From Eledone cirrhosa (lineage: Eukaryota), in the NCBI GenBank assembly GCA_964016885.1, contig OZ024741.1, positions 179,056,001 through 179,120,000 of the forward strand: a stretch of DNA of 64,000 nt, given 5' to 3'. Numbering within the stretch: position 1 is the stretch's first letter; each line of letters opens with the position of its first letter. The notes beneath the pieces are model-generated. The model was given only the letters and a program-made list of their open reading frames with translations. It searched no databases and was not told the DNA's origin. This document shows positions 28,231 through 42,958 of the stretch, one piece after another. A program made the translations under genes and the position numbers.

Positions 28231-29587
28231 ACAGTGGAATGTAAGCCACGTAAGTAGTACAAACGCTAACTTAGCTACAAATAAACACAGTATAATAGAC
28301 ATTCATTTTAATTCTTCTACTGCTATTCACTAATTTATTCTCTATTTGTGGTTTAATCGCACCCCACTGCGATACATAAAATTTAAAAATACACATTGGG
28401 AGTTATTATAAGTGATTATCTCTTATCTACTTTTCTATTTCACATATTCAAGCTGTTTCATCTCCATATCCTTTACATTTTTATTTCTTTTCATCTAAAT
28501 CTTTGCCTTTCTTTCCTTACAATTTAGTATCTTAGTCTCTTCAACGTCCTGTCCATTGTGTTGTTGGTGGTGATATGTTACATTGAATAATATATCCATT
28601 ATTCATACAATCTTGTCTATCTTCGGGACTAAAATTTGACTCTGTTGTCATTTGTAGATATTTCTTAGTAAGCTTTCATATTTTTCCATATTTTTCCATA
28701 TGTATTGAAGGATATTTACTTCTGGATTGTGCTACTTGTGACTTAAGCATTGGACATTTCCATTATCCATTCTCATGTGGAAGCTGTGATAGATAGCTTA
28801 GTTTATCTTGTATTATTGTTACGGTTTACTCTGAAAGTTCCGAGTGATTAATTCAGGATTCTTTTGCTGTCGTTTATTATGATAAACCAACGACTATTGC
28901 CTTTATAAAAACAGTATTGCAAAACTATTATACAATTTGTCACCGATATTAAACAATGCCGTTACTCAATATTTATTATACAATATCTTTAATGCATAAC
29001 AGTGCTATTGTCCCTCTTCCTTGATTACCTGTATTCAATTATACTGTGGTTGAATGTAACCCTAACCTTAACCCTAATAAATTTGCTAATATAGAATTGC
29101 CTCTCTCGAGTTTTCTTCGACATTATCGGAAATCTCTATGATCAAGTAATGTTTCATCGTTATAAAAGTTTCTGCAAGGAGAAAGCTTGTATAATATTTT
29201 ATTAAGAGGTTGATGAATGATAAGCCATTATACGGTATCAGCATCCACTTGCATAGAATATGAATCCATTTCAATATGATGCAACATTTTCCTCTCTTTC
29301 AGAGAGTCGTTGTAACATATCGACATTTTCTATATACCCCAACTTGGACGTATGGATAGATTACCTAAAGATTTTTTTTTTTTTTTTTAATGCAACAGAT
29401 TCATAAGGATCAGGATCTTCTAGCAATCCTACGTACTACATCTTTGTTAATATGGTTTCTAAAGAAATTCTCAACAATGTTGGGAATTTTATCTCTTTTG
29501 AAAGAGAGAGAGACAGACCGAAAGAGAGAGAAAGAGGTCTACTGCTTGAGAACGATTTTATTTTAAGTTTTCTATTCTAACATCTCT

Positions 29588-29890
29588 AAGGCGTGTGGCT
29601 TAGTGGGTTATTATTTGGGGTTCCCGGTGATTTATTTGTTCGATTCCGGAACCCGGTGCCGCGTTGAGTCCTTGGACATATTTCACTTTATTGTATGTTG
29701 CTCCAATTCACTCAGCTGAGGGGAAATGATTTGCGACGACACTGGCGCCAAACTATACATGCCATTGTTTTTCCATTGGATAACATGTATATAACGTATT
29801 TATAGTTCATATATGAGTTATGATGTCATTGATTACGAGGTGTATCGATCATTACCTTTCCCATGGATAACATCGGTGGCATCGAGAGAT
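29588..29890 (+). mobile_element. SINE family 2, diverged
   Basis: GGCGTGTGGCTTAGTGG A box, GTTCGATTCC B box, then GTCCTTGG...GTTGCTCCAATTCACTCAGCTG. Confidence 0.7.
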
Positions 29891-29974
29891 GCAACTTACA
29901 ATGGTCTTTTAAAAAGTACATTGTTTGGGGGAGTGACTTTCCGAGTTCAAACGATGGTCTGTCGCAAACGGTAA

Positions 29975-30218
29975 CTTTTGAGCAATATTCTATTTAGAGT
30001 AAATACAGTGGTTCCAGGACATAAGCCAAGAATTATATTAAGAACAATAAAATTAAAAACCTTCTTAGCAATAACAAACCAAAACCATGTAGACCCGTGA
30101 ACAAACTATATTCGATTGCAGACATGAAAGTTGTAAACTTGACTACTTTAACTGCTACATTGGTAGCATAGTCAATTGGTGGTTACCTATGTACTTTGCA
30201 GCATGAAAGAATTAAAAT
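29975..30218 (-). repeat. Right arm of ~260 bp long-range inverted repeat
   Basis: Reverse complement of 26455-26712. Confidence 0.85.
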
Positions 30219-30399
30219 ACACTACATAACACACACACACACACACGCGCGCATACACACATACACACACACAAACGAAATGTAAATGTTAGTAGACAAT
30301 AACCAAAGAGTAAAGATAAAAAGACCAAGGTGGAAGTTTTCAGGATACTATTTGTTAATAATTCATTTGATAGGTTGGGCTTGAATTCGATTTTTAGCA

Positions 30400-30960
30400 A
30401 TAGGAATGGACATATCGACCTACTATCTGGAGGGTTGTAATGAAATAATTTAACTACAATAGATAGTTACTGAATATTATCGCTGGGGAATTCAGGAGGG
30501 CTTGTGATGGGTTATGCGATTGTGAAAGTTCTAGATTCTGCTACCAGGAAGTGAGGTATATAATTATTTGTGATTTGAATGTAGTTGAGAACAAGGATCT
30601 TAGATGGCTTACTAAATTTGGGGAATCTGTAAGGACAATCAGGTCCACGGGGGGCATGTTTGTGTTCGAATCAATCGATGATTTCATGGTTAAGTTAGGC
30701 CTGACATTTGGTTTTGCTTGTGAGATATTCCGGAAATTGAAGGAAAGAGTTATTAGCTTGGAGAAGAGGGGTTTCAGAGGGTTGGGCACGTTGACGCAAG
30801 GGCCGTCTATACTTAATGGACCTATGGTGAAGCAAATTTTGAATGGGTTTGGTATTAGGTATATCATAACGCCTGTAGATAAAGTAGCAGGTAATTTCGT
30901 TAAAATATGCAAAAGGAATACTGCCTGTCGGTTTTAGCTAGGGAGTTAGAATGTAATGTT
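30400..30960 (+). mobile_element. Decayed Naiad/Chlamys-type PLE fragment (region N-terminal to the RT core)
   Basis: CDCESSRFCY..RYIIICDLNVVENKDLRWLTKFG...IITPVDKVAGNFVKICK resembles the CxC..GHIITGDLxIxxNxxLR..GP / PADKAxNN..xCK motifs of this PLE group (recalled, not aligned). Confidence 0.55.
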
Positions 30961-31026
30961 AATTATAACTTTAGGGTAGTTATCGAAGGTGAATAGACTG
31001 GTTGGCGCAATAACTCTCTTATTTAC

Positions 31027-31090
<64 letters not shown>

Positions 31091-31239
31091 GAAGTATTTC
31101 CGTAAGAAAGGTACAGGAAAAGAGAGTGCTCTATGTAGGCTACAGAGCTTATTAGTTATGTAATAAACGACAAGAAGCCCACTGGTAAATGAAATAATTA
31201 TCTTATGTTGTTTATTATGTATATATATATATATATATA

Positions 31240-31990
31240 CTAGCAGTGGTACCCGGCGTTGCACGGGATAAAGTATTTTGGAACGCGGGCCGCCAACAGA
31301 CCGAATCGTGGAAAAACTGCATGCCTGGATAATATGTAAAGAAAATAAAGCGAATACTCTGATGGCTGGATATTCTTTAAGATTTTCCTCGATGAAGCAG
31401 GAAAAATGCAGGTTTTCACCTAATGCCAGCCCTAGGGGGTCAAGAAAATGAATTCTTTTTATGTGCATAATGTGCCTTGAAATTTCGGGAAAATCGGCTA
31501 GACGTAACGCCTCAAAAAAGCTCTAAAAAGCTGAAAAATGAAGTTTTTCACCTAATGCGGGGCCCTAGGCCATAAAAAAAGTTGGATTTTCTTCGCTCAC
31601 GGTATGAAGAAGAGACTGACTAATACATAGTTACAATTTCAAGGAAATCGGTCTGACGTAACGCCTCACAAAAAACTAAAAATTTGAAAAAACTCAGTTT
31701 TTCACCTAATGCCGGCCCTAGGCCATAAAAAAAGTTGGATTTTCTTCGCTCACGGTATGAAGAAGAGACTGACTAATACATAGTTACAATTTCAAGGAAA
31801 TTGGTCTGACGTAACGCCTCACAAAAAAACTAAAAATTTGAAAAAACTCAGTTTTTCACCTAATGCGGATCCTAGGGGATCAAAAAGTTGAATTTTTTAT
31901 GTGCATAACACTCCCTGAAACATAAGTAATAAACAGGTAATTGGAAAAAAATCAGTTGGCTACTTCTCTAGTTTTAGGGTTTCAAACTCA

Positions 31991-32030
<40 letters not shown>

Positions 32031-32051
32031 TCCTCAGTTTTATATATATAT
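31240..32051 (-). mobile_element. Non-autonomous Helitron with internal ~154 bp tandem repeats
   Basis: Minus strand ends with hairpin CCCGTGCAACGCCGGG then CTAG|T and starts TATATATAAAACTGAGGATGTCTG(TG)n. TTTTCACCTAATGC recurs at ~31412, 31545, 31699, 31853. Confidence 0.8.
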
Positions 32052-32287
32052 CCTAATGGAGTCGTAAGGTGCCGTCGTGGACACTTTAAGTCCGGTGGAT
32101 TCCATCCCTCCTACAAATCTGAACACGTGTGATTTCTCCCAGAGAAAGAGAGGGGGAGTGAAAGAAAGAAATAAAGAATTAACCTCATTACTGGATGAAA
32201 GGCAAAATTGACTTTGGCGGCATTTGAAGTCAGAGAGTGCTTGGCCGGGACAGATAACCGACATTCTATTAACTTTGCCAATTCACG

Positions 32288-32368
<81 letters not shown>

Positions 32369-32387
32369 TATATATATTATATATATA

Positions 32388-32453
<66 letters not shown>

Positions 32454-32471
32454 TATATAATATATATATAT

Positions 32472-32509
<38 letters not shown>

Positions 32510-32563
32510 CTATAATATATATATATATATAAATATTATATCAAATATATTATATATATATAT

Positions 32564-32595
<32 letters not shown>

Positions 32596-32596
32596 A

Positions 32597-32714
<118 letters not shown>

Positions 32715-33409
32715 AATTACCAGAGGCGGTCATTTATTTCTTAGAATGGCTTCAAAGCAATATTAATATGTATTTTTATTTCTGGACATAATTCTACGTA
32801 CGTATATTTCTATCCTAGGTATTGGATAATGAGGTTACAGTGTAGCTATGTATGTATGTATGGTCTTATAAATTAAATATTCACATTGCAACATGCGCAT
32901 GTGTAGACTTACCCACTTCAAAATGTCCCCACTCTACAAATACTCAGATTCTTTCATTCAACAATAGAGAATAAATACGGAAAAAGAAATTCATTAAAAC
33001 ATATAAACCACTATTAAAAATATAGTTGTCACATATTAGACAATACACAGTGTTCTAAAGATGGGAATAACCTGTTTACATATATTTGTATAGAACCCTA
33101 TACACATCACTAGATAAAAGGAAAAATCAAAACCCCAAAGAAACTTATACTAAAAACCTTTTATCTTTCTTTTCTTTCATTCGTCCCCCTCCTTTTTTCT
33201 TTCCTTCAAATCCTCTAGAAACCAATTCTTTGACACGTGTTACCCCTACCCCACAAAAAGAATCCTTTCAGTAATGTTAATACATATACTTGTATTTTTA
33301 TTTTACCGCCCATCTTTATTGCATTTATTTACAAAGCATAAAATTTGATGGAACCCCACGGAGATGATAAAACGAATATATATATATATATATAGTTTTA
33401 ATATAGAAG

Positions 33410-33460
33410 AGCTTCTACAGGACTAGAACTGTTTCATTCGTGAGAAATCATCAGGGAGCT
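33410..33460 (-). ncRNA. Type I hammerhead motif with full stem III
   Basis: AGCUCC-CUGAUGA-UUUCUCACGAAU-GAAA-CAG(UUCUAGUC)CUGUA-GAAGCU; predicted GUA cleavage triplet. Confidence 0.8.
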
Positions 33461-33989
33461 GGCTGTCCAAGTAAATAGTGGTATTTATATATTTTCTTTT
33501 CTGGTGGTAGGAGAGGGATTTAAAGAAAAGAGAGTTCATTAAAAGCTAATTCTTTAAAGCTATAGTATTAACAAAGGCAGAAAGAATACTGTAAACAAAA
33601 TCAAATTTGGAATACCAATCCTAGTTTATCACTAGTCAAACAATGCCTGTAAGACAGGTGTCTACAGGATGGGTGGGGTTCAATGGTTTAAAGAAAAGGG
33701 AAATTCTTTAGAAGCTAATTCTTTAAGGCTGGAATAAGGGTGACAAAGGCAGAAAGGGTTCCATCAACAGATTCAAGTGTGGGGGTGATTCCGCATATTT
33801 TTAAGTTTCTCTTTATATATATATTCCAGGATTGGTATTCCAAATTTGATTTTATTTACAGTATTCTTTCTGCATTTGTTAATACTATAGCTTTAAAGAA
33901 TTAGCTTTTAATGAACTCCCTTTTCTTTAAATCCCTCTCCTACCACCAGAAAAGAAAAGATATAAATACCACTACTTACTTGGACAGTC

Positions 33990-34040
33990 AGCTGCCTGGT
34001 GATTTCTCACAAATGAAACAGTTCTAGTCCTGTAGAAGCT
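33990..34040 (+). ncRNA. Hammerhead motif, core-mutated (CUGGUGA) copy
   Basis: Inverted partner of 33410-33460. Confidence 0.65.
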
Positions 34041-34113
34041 CTTCTATATTAAAACTTTTATACTCTGCTATGTATTGAGTACCTTACTTCCTCCGATTCA
34101 ACCCGGAATAACT

Positions 34114-34200
<87 letters not shown>

Positions 34201-35596
34201 ACAGGGAGAAAGAGACGATTATTAGGAAGAAAAATTTTTTTTTTCCTTTTTTGTTTCTCTCTCTCTTTTTTCTGGGGTCGAAAATGATTAAAACGAAATG
34301 TTTTACTTTGTGTGAAGTGTTAAGGTATTAGTTGATTTATTTATTATTTAATAATGGCATTTATTTATCTATTTATATATTTAATTATTGTCTATTACCG
34401 GTTTCAGCATTTTTATGCATTATCAAATGATAGTGAAATGTATTAGTATGGTGTCGCACATGTTAAACAGAAGGTGCAGAAAGAATAATGTTATTTACAA
34501 ACAAGGTTTATGAAGTGAAAAGAAAAAAGAAAAAGGAAAAAAACGTGCATAATGTAGAGCATAAAAAGTCAATGTGGAAGAAAAAATAATGTTATTTACA
34601 GGCATAGATAGTTCTTGAAGTTAAGCAGATCAAAATGTGTTAATATAGCAAGAGTGCTTAGTTGATCCATGAATCCATGATGGAGGCAAATGGTGGACTG
34701 AGGTTTGATATGATTTCCCTTTTTAGAGAGTTAATATGCAGGGGAAGCAATTCTTGCTGGGTGATATTTAATTTATTTAAGAAAAAGGATTAGGTAGGGT
34801 GTGAAGGAGGTAACTCTTATAAATGGTTGATTGTTTGTTGCAGTTTTAGATTGGTCCGATTTTTAGAGCATTAAGTAGGGGTTGGAATTTATTAATGAAA
34901 TATGTTTCCTTGTTGGTACGTTGGATGAAAGTAGCGTTGTCTATGAATTTATAAATGGGGAATTTACAAATTCATCGGAACTTCAAAAGGAATATAAATT
35001 AAAATAAAGAAAGAATGTTACATGAATGTAATGTTCCATATATTGGTATTTTACTGTGGTGTCCAGGACAAAATTTTGGCACGCACTCATCAGATAAAAT
35101 ACAAAATTGTTTTATAAATGGTGACATACCAAAGAAACCAGACCTTATCGGTTCAGGTTCTGTTTGGATAGTGAAAGAAACATTTCAAATCTTTAGGATG
35201 AATATGTAAATGGGGTTGAAGAGTAAGGATGAAAAAAGATCGTTATATTTAGACGCTAGGTAAATTTAAATAATTATTAGGATAATTTACAAATGGAAGA
35301 AGAACAAAGAAAAAAAGAGAGGCTATAATTAATATTAGTGTGTAAGAAAATTTAAGGAATGGTTTTAAGAAAGAATTATAGTTAGAAATACACTATTGTT
35401 ATTAAGATAAAATTGTATGGATCATATCAGTGATGGTGTAAAGAGAGTGATATAATTATATTTAATTATATAATCATATATAATTGTTTCTAAGGCAAAG
35501 TTAACCTCGGCGGGATTTGAACTCAGAATAGCAAGGGCTGCAACTCTATGCGTCAAAGCATGGCGTCCGACCCTCTACCGATACTGCCAATCCACA

Positions 35597-36062
35597 TATA
35601 TAATATAATATAATATAATATAATATAATATAATATAATATAATATAATATAATATAATATAATATAATATAATATAATATAATATAATATAATATAATA
35701 TAATATAATATAATATAATATAATATAATATAATATAATATAATATAATATAATATAATATAATATAATATAATATAATATAATATAATATAATATAATA
35801 TAATATAATATAATATAATATAATATAATATAATATAATATAATATAATATAATATAATATAATATAATATAATATAATATAATATAATATAATATAATA
35901 TAATATAATATAATATAATATAATATAATATAATATAATATAATATAATATAATATAATATAATATAATATAATATAATATAATATAATATAATATAATA
36001 TAATATAATATAATATAATATAATATAATATAATATAATATAATATAATATAATATAATATA
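35597..36062. repeat. Perfect (TATAA)n pentanucleotide array, ~465 bp
   Basis: Direct observation; lies between the head of one family 1 SINE and the tail of the next. Confidence 0.95.
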
Positions 36063-36310
36063 ATTGTTTCTAATTTAGACACAAGGCCAGCAATTACCCA
36101 GTGCATTACTTTATTTTATCGACCCCGTAAGGATGAAAGGCAAAGTCAACCTCGGCGGGATTTGAACTCAGATCGTAAAGGGACGTAACTATGCTGGAAA
36201 GCATAGCGTCCGACCCTCTCAGGATTTTAACTCAGAATGGCAAGGGCCGTAACTCTATGAGTCAAAGCATGGCATGGCGTTCGACCCGCTACCAATACTG
36301 CCAATCCACA
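36062..36310 (-). mobile_element. Family 1 SINE with duplicated tRNA-like head
   Basis: Tail at 36062 and two successive head segments (36155-36220, 36220-36310). Confidence 0.8.
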
Positions 36311-37022
36311 TAATAAAATATACTTACAACCTTAAAATATACTTATAAATATTATCTATATAATATTATAACTCATGATTTGAATAGATCCAATAATTAG
36401 TTGTATATCTCAATTTTTTTTTTTTTTTAAATTGGTATTCTATCACTTCAACACATTCTTAACTCTCATATTATTTTATAGATACTACCAAAATATATAT
36501 CTTCTTCCATTTATAAATTATCCTAATAATTATTTTAATTTACCTAGCGTCTAAATATAACGATCTTTTTTCAGCCTTACGTTTCAACCTCATTTACATA
36601 TTCATCCTAAAGATTTGAAATGTTTCTTTAGCTATCCAAACTGAACATGAACCGATAAGGTCTGGCTTCTTGGGTATGTCACCATTTATAAAACAATTTT
36701 GTATTTTATCTGATGAGAGCGTGCCAAAATTTTGTTCTGGACACCACAGTAAAATACCAATATATGGAACATTACATTCATGTAACATTCTTTCTTTATT
36801 TTAATTTATATTCCTTTTGAAGTTCCGATGAATTTGTAAATTCCCCATTTATAAATTCATAGACAACGCTACTTTCATCCAACGTACCAACGTGAGAGCG
36901 TGCCAAAATGTTGGTACCTTTGAAATATATATAAAATAAATATGATTTTATAAATATAGTTTCCATTTATTAATATCATTTATATATATATATTTATACA
37001 CACACACACACATACATATATA

Positions 37023-37395
<373 letters not shown>

Positions 37396-37491
37396 ATATA
37401 TATATATATATATACAAATAAAGATTCAGCGAGAATCGCATTTCGGCGGGCAGGAAAGGCGAAGCGAAACGCAAAAGTCAGAAATGATACT

Positions 37492-37575
<84 letters not shown>

Positions 37576-37607
37576 AGAAAGTATTTATATATATATATAT
37601 ATATATA

Positions 37608-37771
37608 GTAGAAAGTATTACCCCGACAGCAGAGCTCAAGCCGTTTCGACGGTTATTTCTGAACTCTGACGTCAGGGTCATACTTTCTCCTATTACCCAC
37701 TCTACTACCCTAAGTATGGAGTACTCTGGTGCGTTATGGTCTATCTGGTTCCGTACCACAACTCCTTCGTT
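37608..37771. mobile_element. Family Y pLTR cassette
   Basis: Inverted arm carrying the hammerhead 3' half, plus sense tail ending CCTTCGT(TA)n. Confidence 0.8.
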
Positions 37772-37789
37772 ATATATATATATATATAT

Positions 37790-40700
37790 AATGAAATATT
37801 GTGTACCGTGCTCAGGTGCACTACAACTCATCAAAAAGTGTATGTATAGTACATAGGGTAATGTACAAACGCCAGGAAAATGAACAGTGCATGAGTCATG
37901 ATATACACATGTGTGCATGTGTATGGAAGGGGTACATTAGGTGTAGTTTTGGCGAATTTCGGAAAGCATAATTGTTTTAAAAGATGCAGTGTCTCGACAG
38001 CTAACAACTGAGGCAGGCAATTTGTTCCATCCTTCAGCAACTCTGAGCGTGAAAAAATGTTTCCGAAAGAGATGGGAGCTGTGCTGTTTTCTGAATTTGT
38101 AGGCATGTCCATGTGTGTTAGACACATGGAGATCAAAAAGGTGCTCAAGGTTGTTGTTGGCGAGATGGTTAATAATTTTGTGGGTGTTTACCAAGTCTAT
38201 TGTCGGAGCTTCAATGAATCCATGCCCAGGGAAGCAAGGCGTTCAGAGCATGGTAGCTGTCTGCTGGAGGGTATGCGCTTGGTTGCACGTCTCTGAACAG
38301 TTTCCAGGAGGTCAATGTTCTGAGCAAGATAGGGGTTCCAGACTGATGATGCGAATTCCAAGTGTGGTCGTACCATAGCTGTATAGAGCTTTAAATAGAT
38401 GGCTGGAGAGCGGCTAACAAAGGTCTTGCTGAGTGATGCCAAGACACCCTCGGCCTTCTTGGCAATCTTAGAGACATGCTTTGTCCAACGCAAATCGCTG
38501 CTGACAGTAATGCCCAGGTCACGTTCACAAGAGGACTTCTTGATATCAGTGTTGTGAAGGGAGTATGTGGACGCTGGATATTTCCTCTCAAAATGCATTG
38601 TGGTACACTTGTCCACAGCCAGCTTCAGTTACCAGTCTGTGATCCATTGCTGTATTGTATCCAGGTCTGATTGTAGGAAAGAGTTGTAGATTTCAGGATC
38701 AGTCCTTTTGATTTCAAGGTACATATTTCAGTACCGTGGCATTCTTTAAGTTGGCATCTATGTCATTAATATATGCCACAAACAAAAGGGGACCAAGAAC
38801 AGATCCCTGTGGTACACCAGATGACATCGCATATGGTGAAGAATGCTGTCCTAGAACCGTGACTACCTCTTTTCGGCTGAGAATGAAGGATTTCAACCAG
38901 TTAAAAAGATCATCCCTCACACCCATTGCAGAGAGTTTTGCCATAAGTCTTTTGTGTGGCACAGAATTAAAAGCCTTAGCGAAGTCAAGGTAAACAACAT
39001 CCACCCATGAGCCGCTGTCAGTGATCCGGGTAATGTCTTCAAGGAACTCGATAAGCTGATCACAGCAGCTGGAGTTAGGGTTAAATCCAAACTGCGAGGG
39101 CCGGATGAGGCTGTGAGAGCTCCAGAAGTTCCAAAGTGTTTCTCTGACACAGGATTCCATCAGTTTGGCAATACAGCTAGTAAGGCTGACTGGACGATAG
39201 TTGACAGGTGACGTGCGGTCACCCTTTTTGAACAGGCGAATGACACTGGCAGTTTTCCACTGCTCCGGAGTAGCACCATTGTTGAGACAGTATTGAAAGT
39301 AGAAAGAAAGCTGGTGCAAAAGAAAGTACCCGCCACGTTTAGGTATGTAACACCATCAAGACCAAGGTAGGCATAGTTGCGCTTATTCTTAAGGTGACGT
39401 CGCAACATTGCAGGTGTAAATTCCATAGTTGTTATGGAATTTGATGTTAGAGATGGTGGAGATGGTACATTCTGGTTTTCAACAGTAAAAGTGCTTGCAT
39501 AGCACTCAGCAATGAGATCTGCGCATTCTTTGGGATCATCAGTGATCTGGCTTGTGTGGGGATTGCGAAGAGGACCAACTGGAGAGTGAGGTCTCTGCTT
39601 TGAATTAACGTATTTCCAGAACACCTTACTGTCAGGATTGGTTGCTATGCACTGTTCAAATTCAAGCACTGCCTTTTTTGCTTGAGATGGTTGGAAGATT
39701 TATTCCGCTTTTTTCTGTTGGCATCTGATTTATGCAGTTTATATTCCCGTTCAGCGTTCCGACGTTCTTTCCTGGCAAGTCGGACCGCTGAAGTTTCCCA
39801 AATTGCACTTTTGGGGTGGGGAGTTTTTCTGCTTACGTGGCACCGATGCTGCACACGCTATCCATATTGAGTCCAGGATGCTCTGGAGTATAGTGTTCAC
39901 ATCTCCAGAGTTATAGAACTCATGCCAGTTTGGGCGCTGTAGCTCAGTGCAGTACAAGTTCCAATCTGCTTTCTTCCAATCAAAGCAAGCAGATTGGAGA
40001 TGGTTCTGGTTTTTGTTGCTGCCCACAAGAGCCAGATTGGCAATGAACATAGCATGATCAGAGTCGCCTAGACGTTCCTCAGTAGTTCAACTGATAACCA
40101 CTTCAGGAGTAGTGGTGAAGATCAGGTCCAAAGTGTTGTCACCTCTTGTTGGAGAGGTGACTACTTGTGACCAGTTTGAGTTCAGCACTAGCTCAAGGAA
40201 ATCGTTTGCACTTTGTGGCTAACGAAAGGTTTCCCAATCGATCTCAGGATGATTGAAGTCACCTGCAATAAACACATAAGTAGCTGTTTTCCTGGCAGCA
40301 GCTCTGAGGATATCGCAAAACTGTGTGTCCTGGTGGTAGTTGGGGGGGGGGGGGGGGATAAACAACACCAAGCAGAAGTGTTGACATGGTCGTACGTATG
40401 TCACAAAAAAAAACTTCTTCTTGTGATTCGTTCAAATCAACACAAGGAATTACCGAAAAGTTTGAACGAACATAGACCATCACACCACCACCACCGCGAT
40501 TAATGCGGTCCTTGCGGAAAAGGTTGTACCCAGTAATGCTGAAAACCCCATCACAGAGTAAGGAATGTGCCCAGGTTTCCGTGACTGTGATGAAGTCAGG
40601 GTCGATGCTTCTGACGTAGGAGTTAAACAGATGTATCTTGTTGAATAAACTGCGAGCATTTAAGGACAACAATTTGTATCCTGCTTGCAGTTTATGATGG

Positions 40701-41300
40701 TGTGTAGAGGATGGCAGGTTGTTCTGGTTTAGTTTCCCAGAGTTGTTGCAGTTTTTCATTGTCTGTTATTGTGGGTAGAGCACACTCAGACCAGCTGGTA
40801 TCTCCCTTCCATGTTTCACCAGCCTTAACAAACCTCCAGATCTGCCCATCATCACGCAGACTAAAACGTTCATGTTGTGCTGAGTTCTGATTCAAGGAAG
40901 CTGCAGCACGTAGCTTTGGACGTACATGAGATGGTAGGCTGGGCGTGTACGGAAGGTAATCCGATTTTCACGCCCAGCTTTAACAGAGGCCAGATGATAT
41001 GAAATTGTCTCAGCGGGGTCCGAAAAAGACAGCCTGATAAGTCTGGGTTTTGGACCAGGTCGCCCAAGGCGGCGGAGAGAACCCTTTGGGGGAACACAGC
41101 CTAGGTCTTTGGCTGAGCTGGCAGCAAATGCCTGAAGATCAGCCTTGTCCTCTGGTACCCCAATGGCAATTACTTCATGGGTAGCAGATTCCGCAGTCTT
41201 CTCAGTGTGCCCAGATACGGCAAGAGGTACAGGAAGATTCTTTAGCAAGGCATTCCGATAAGACCCCTCATTGTAGGGTCCTGCCCGAATGCTTGCTTTT
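37790..41300 (-). mobile_element. CR1/L2-type LINE, near-complete but frameshifted (ORF1 remnant, APE, RT)
   Basis: ORF pieces: LNARSL..ITVTETW..RGGGGV; GDFNHPEIDW; SKVFWKYVN; KKGDRTSPVNYRPVSLTS; YLDFAKAF; GVPQGSVLGPLLF; VRPHLEFASSVWNP; FFTLRVAEGWNKLP. Confidence 0.93.
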
Positions 41301-41319
41301 ATTTTTATATATACACACC

Positions 41320-41399
<80 letters not shown>

Positions 41400-41450
41400 G
41401 ATATATATAATGTATATATATATGTATGTGTGTGTATGAATTGTGTATGA

Positions 41451-41504
<54 letters not shown>

Positions 41505-41536
41505 GTATATATATATATATTCATACACACACACAC

Positions 41537-41596
<60 letters not shown>

Positions 41597-41714
41597 ATAA
41601 TAATAAATTTGAAGACTAAAATCCAAAGAGAGCTCGATAAGGATAAATATATATCAAATATATAAATATATATATAAGAACCGTAGAGCATAATAAATAT
41701 ATATATATATTTAT

Positions 41715-42551
<837 letters not shown>

Positions 42552-42595
42552 AACATGTATATATATATATATATATATATACTGTATATATATAT

Positions 42596-42873
42596 GAGCC
42601 CCGCGAGTTGGAGTGGCTTTTCCAGCGCGTTTCCCTTGCCGTCCTCCGGGGAAACGCCTTTTCCATTCTCTCCGCCGGGGCTGTGGGGAGACAAGCTGAT
42701 TATATTACGAATTCTGTTGAATAGTCTTAAATACTGCAGCCTCCCATCCGGGTAATGGTGGTAGCAAGTGGTAGCAATAGTTGCAAGAAGAAGAAGAAAT
42801 ACTGCAGAGTAGATAGATGATACTTATGGTAGCGATTATAAAGTTGTGACTACAAAGTATACCTTCTGACCTG

Positions 42874-42876
<3 letters not shown>
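42596..42876 (+). mobile_element. CRE-type retrotransposon extreme 3' end
   Basis: EPRELEWLFQRVSLAVLRGNAFSILSAG is the typical C-terminal motif; a 3' UTR follows; between (TA)n runs. Confidence 0.75.

Positions 42877-42954
<78 letters not shown>

Positions 42955-42958
<4 letters not shown>

Larger units (their letters stand above)
33395..34115. mobile_element. Tail-out inverted pLTR cassette
   Basis: 33395-33621 is the reverse complement of ~33828-34056; flanked by (TA)n. Confidence 0.85.
34197..36980. mobile_element. Composite PLE remnant with ~390 bp inverted arms around SINEs and a (TATAA)n array
   Basis: 34912-35300 is the reverse complement of ~36505-36890. Minus strand 34865-34935 reads ATFIQRTNKETYFINKFQPLLNAL (PLE endonuclease C-terminus). 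34197-34510 is also present at 63540-63815. Confidence 0.7.

Noticed and set aside
29056-29078. Telomere-like TAACCCTAACCTTAACCCTAA
   Set aside because: Only about three imperfect units; common by chance or within repeats.
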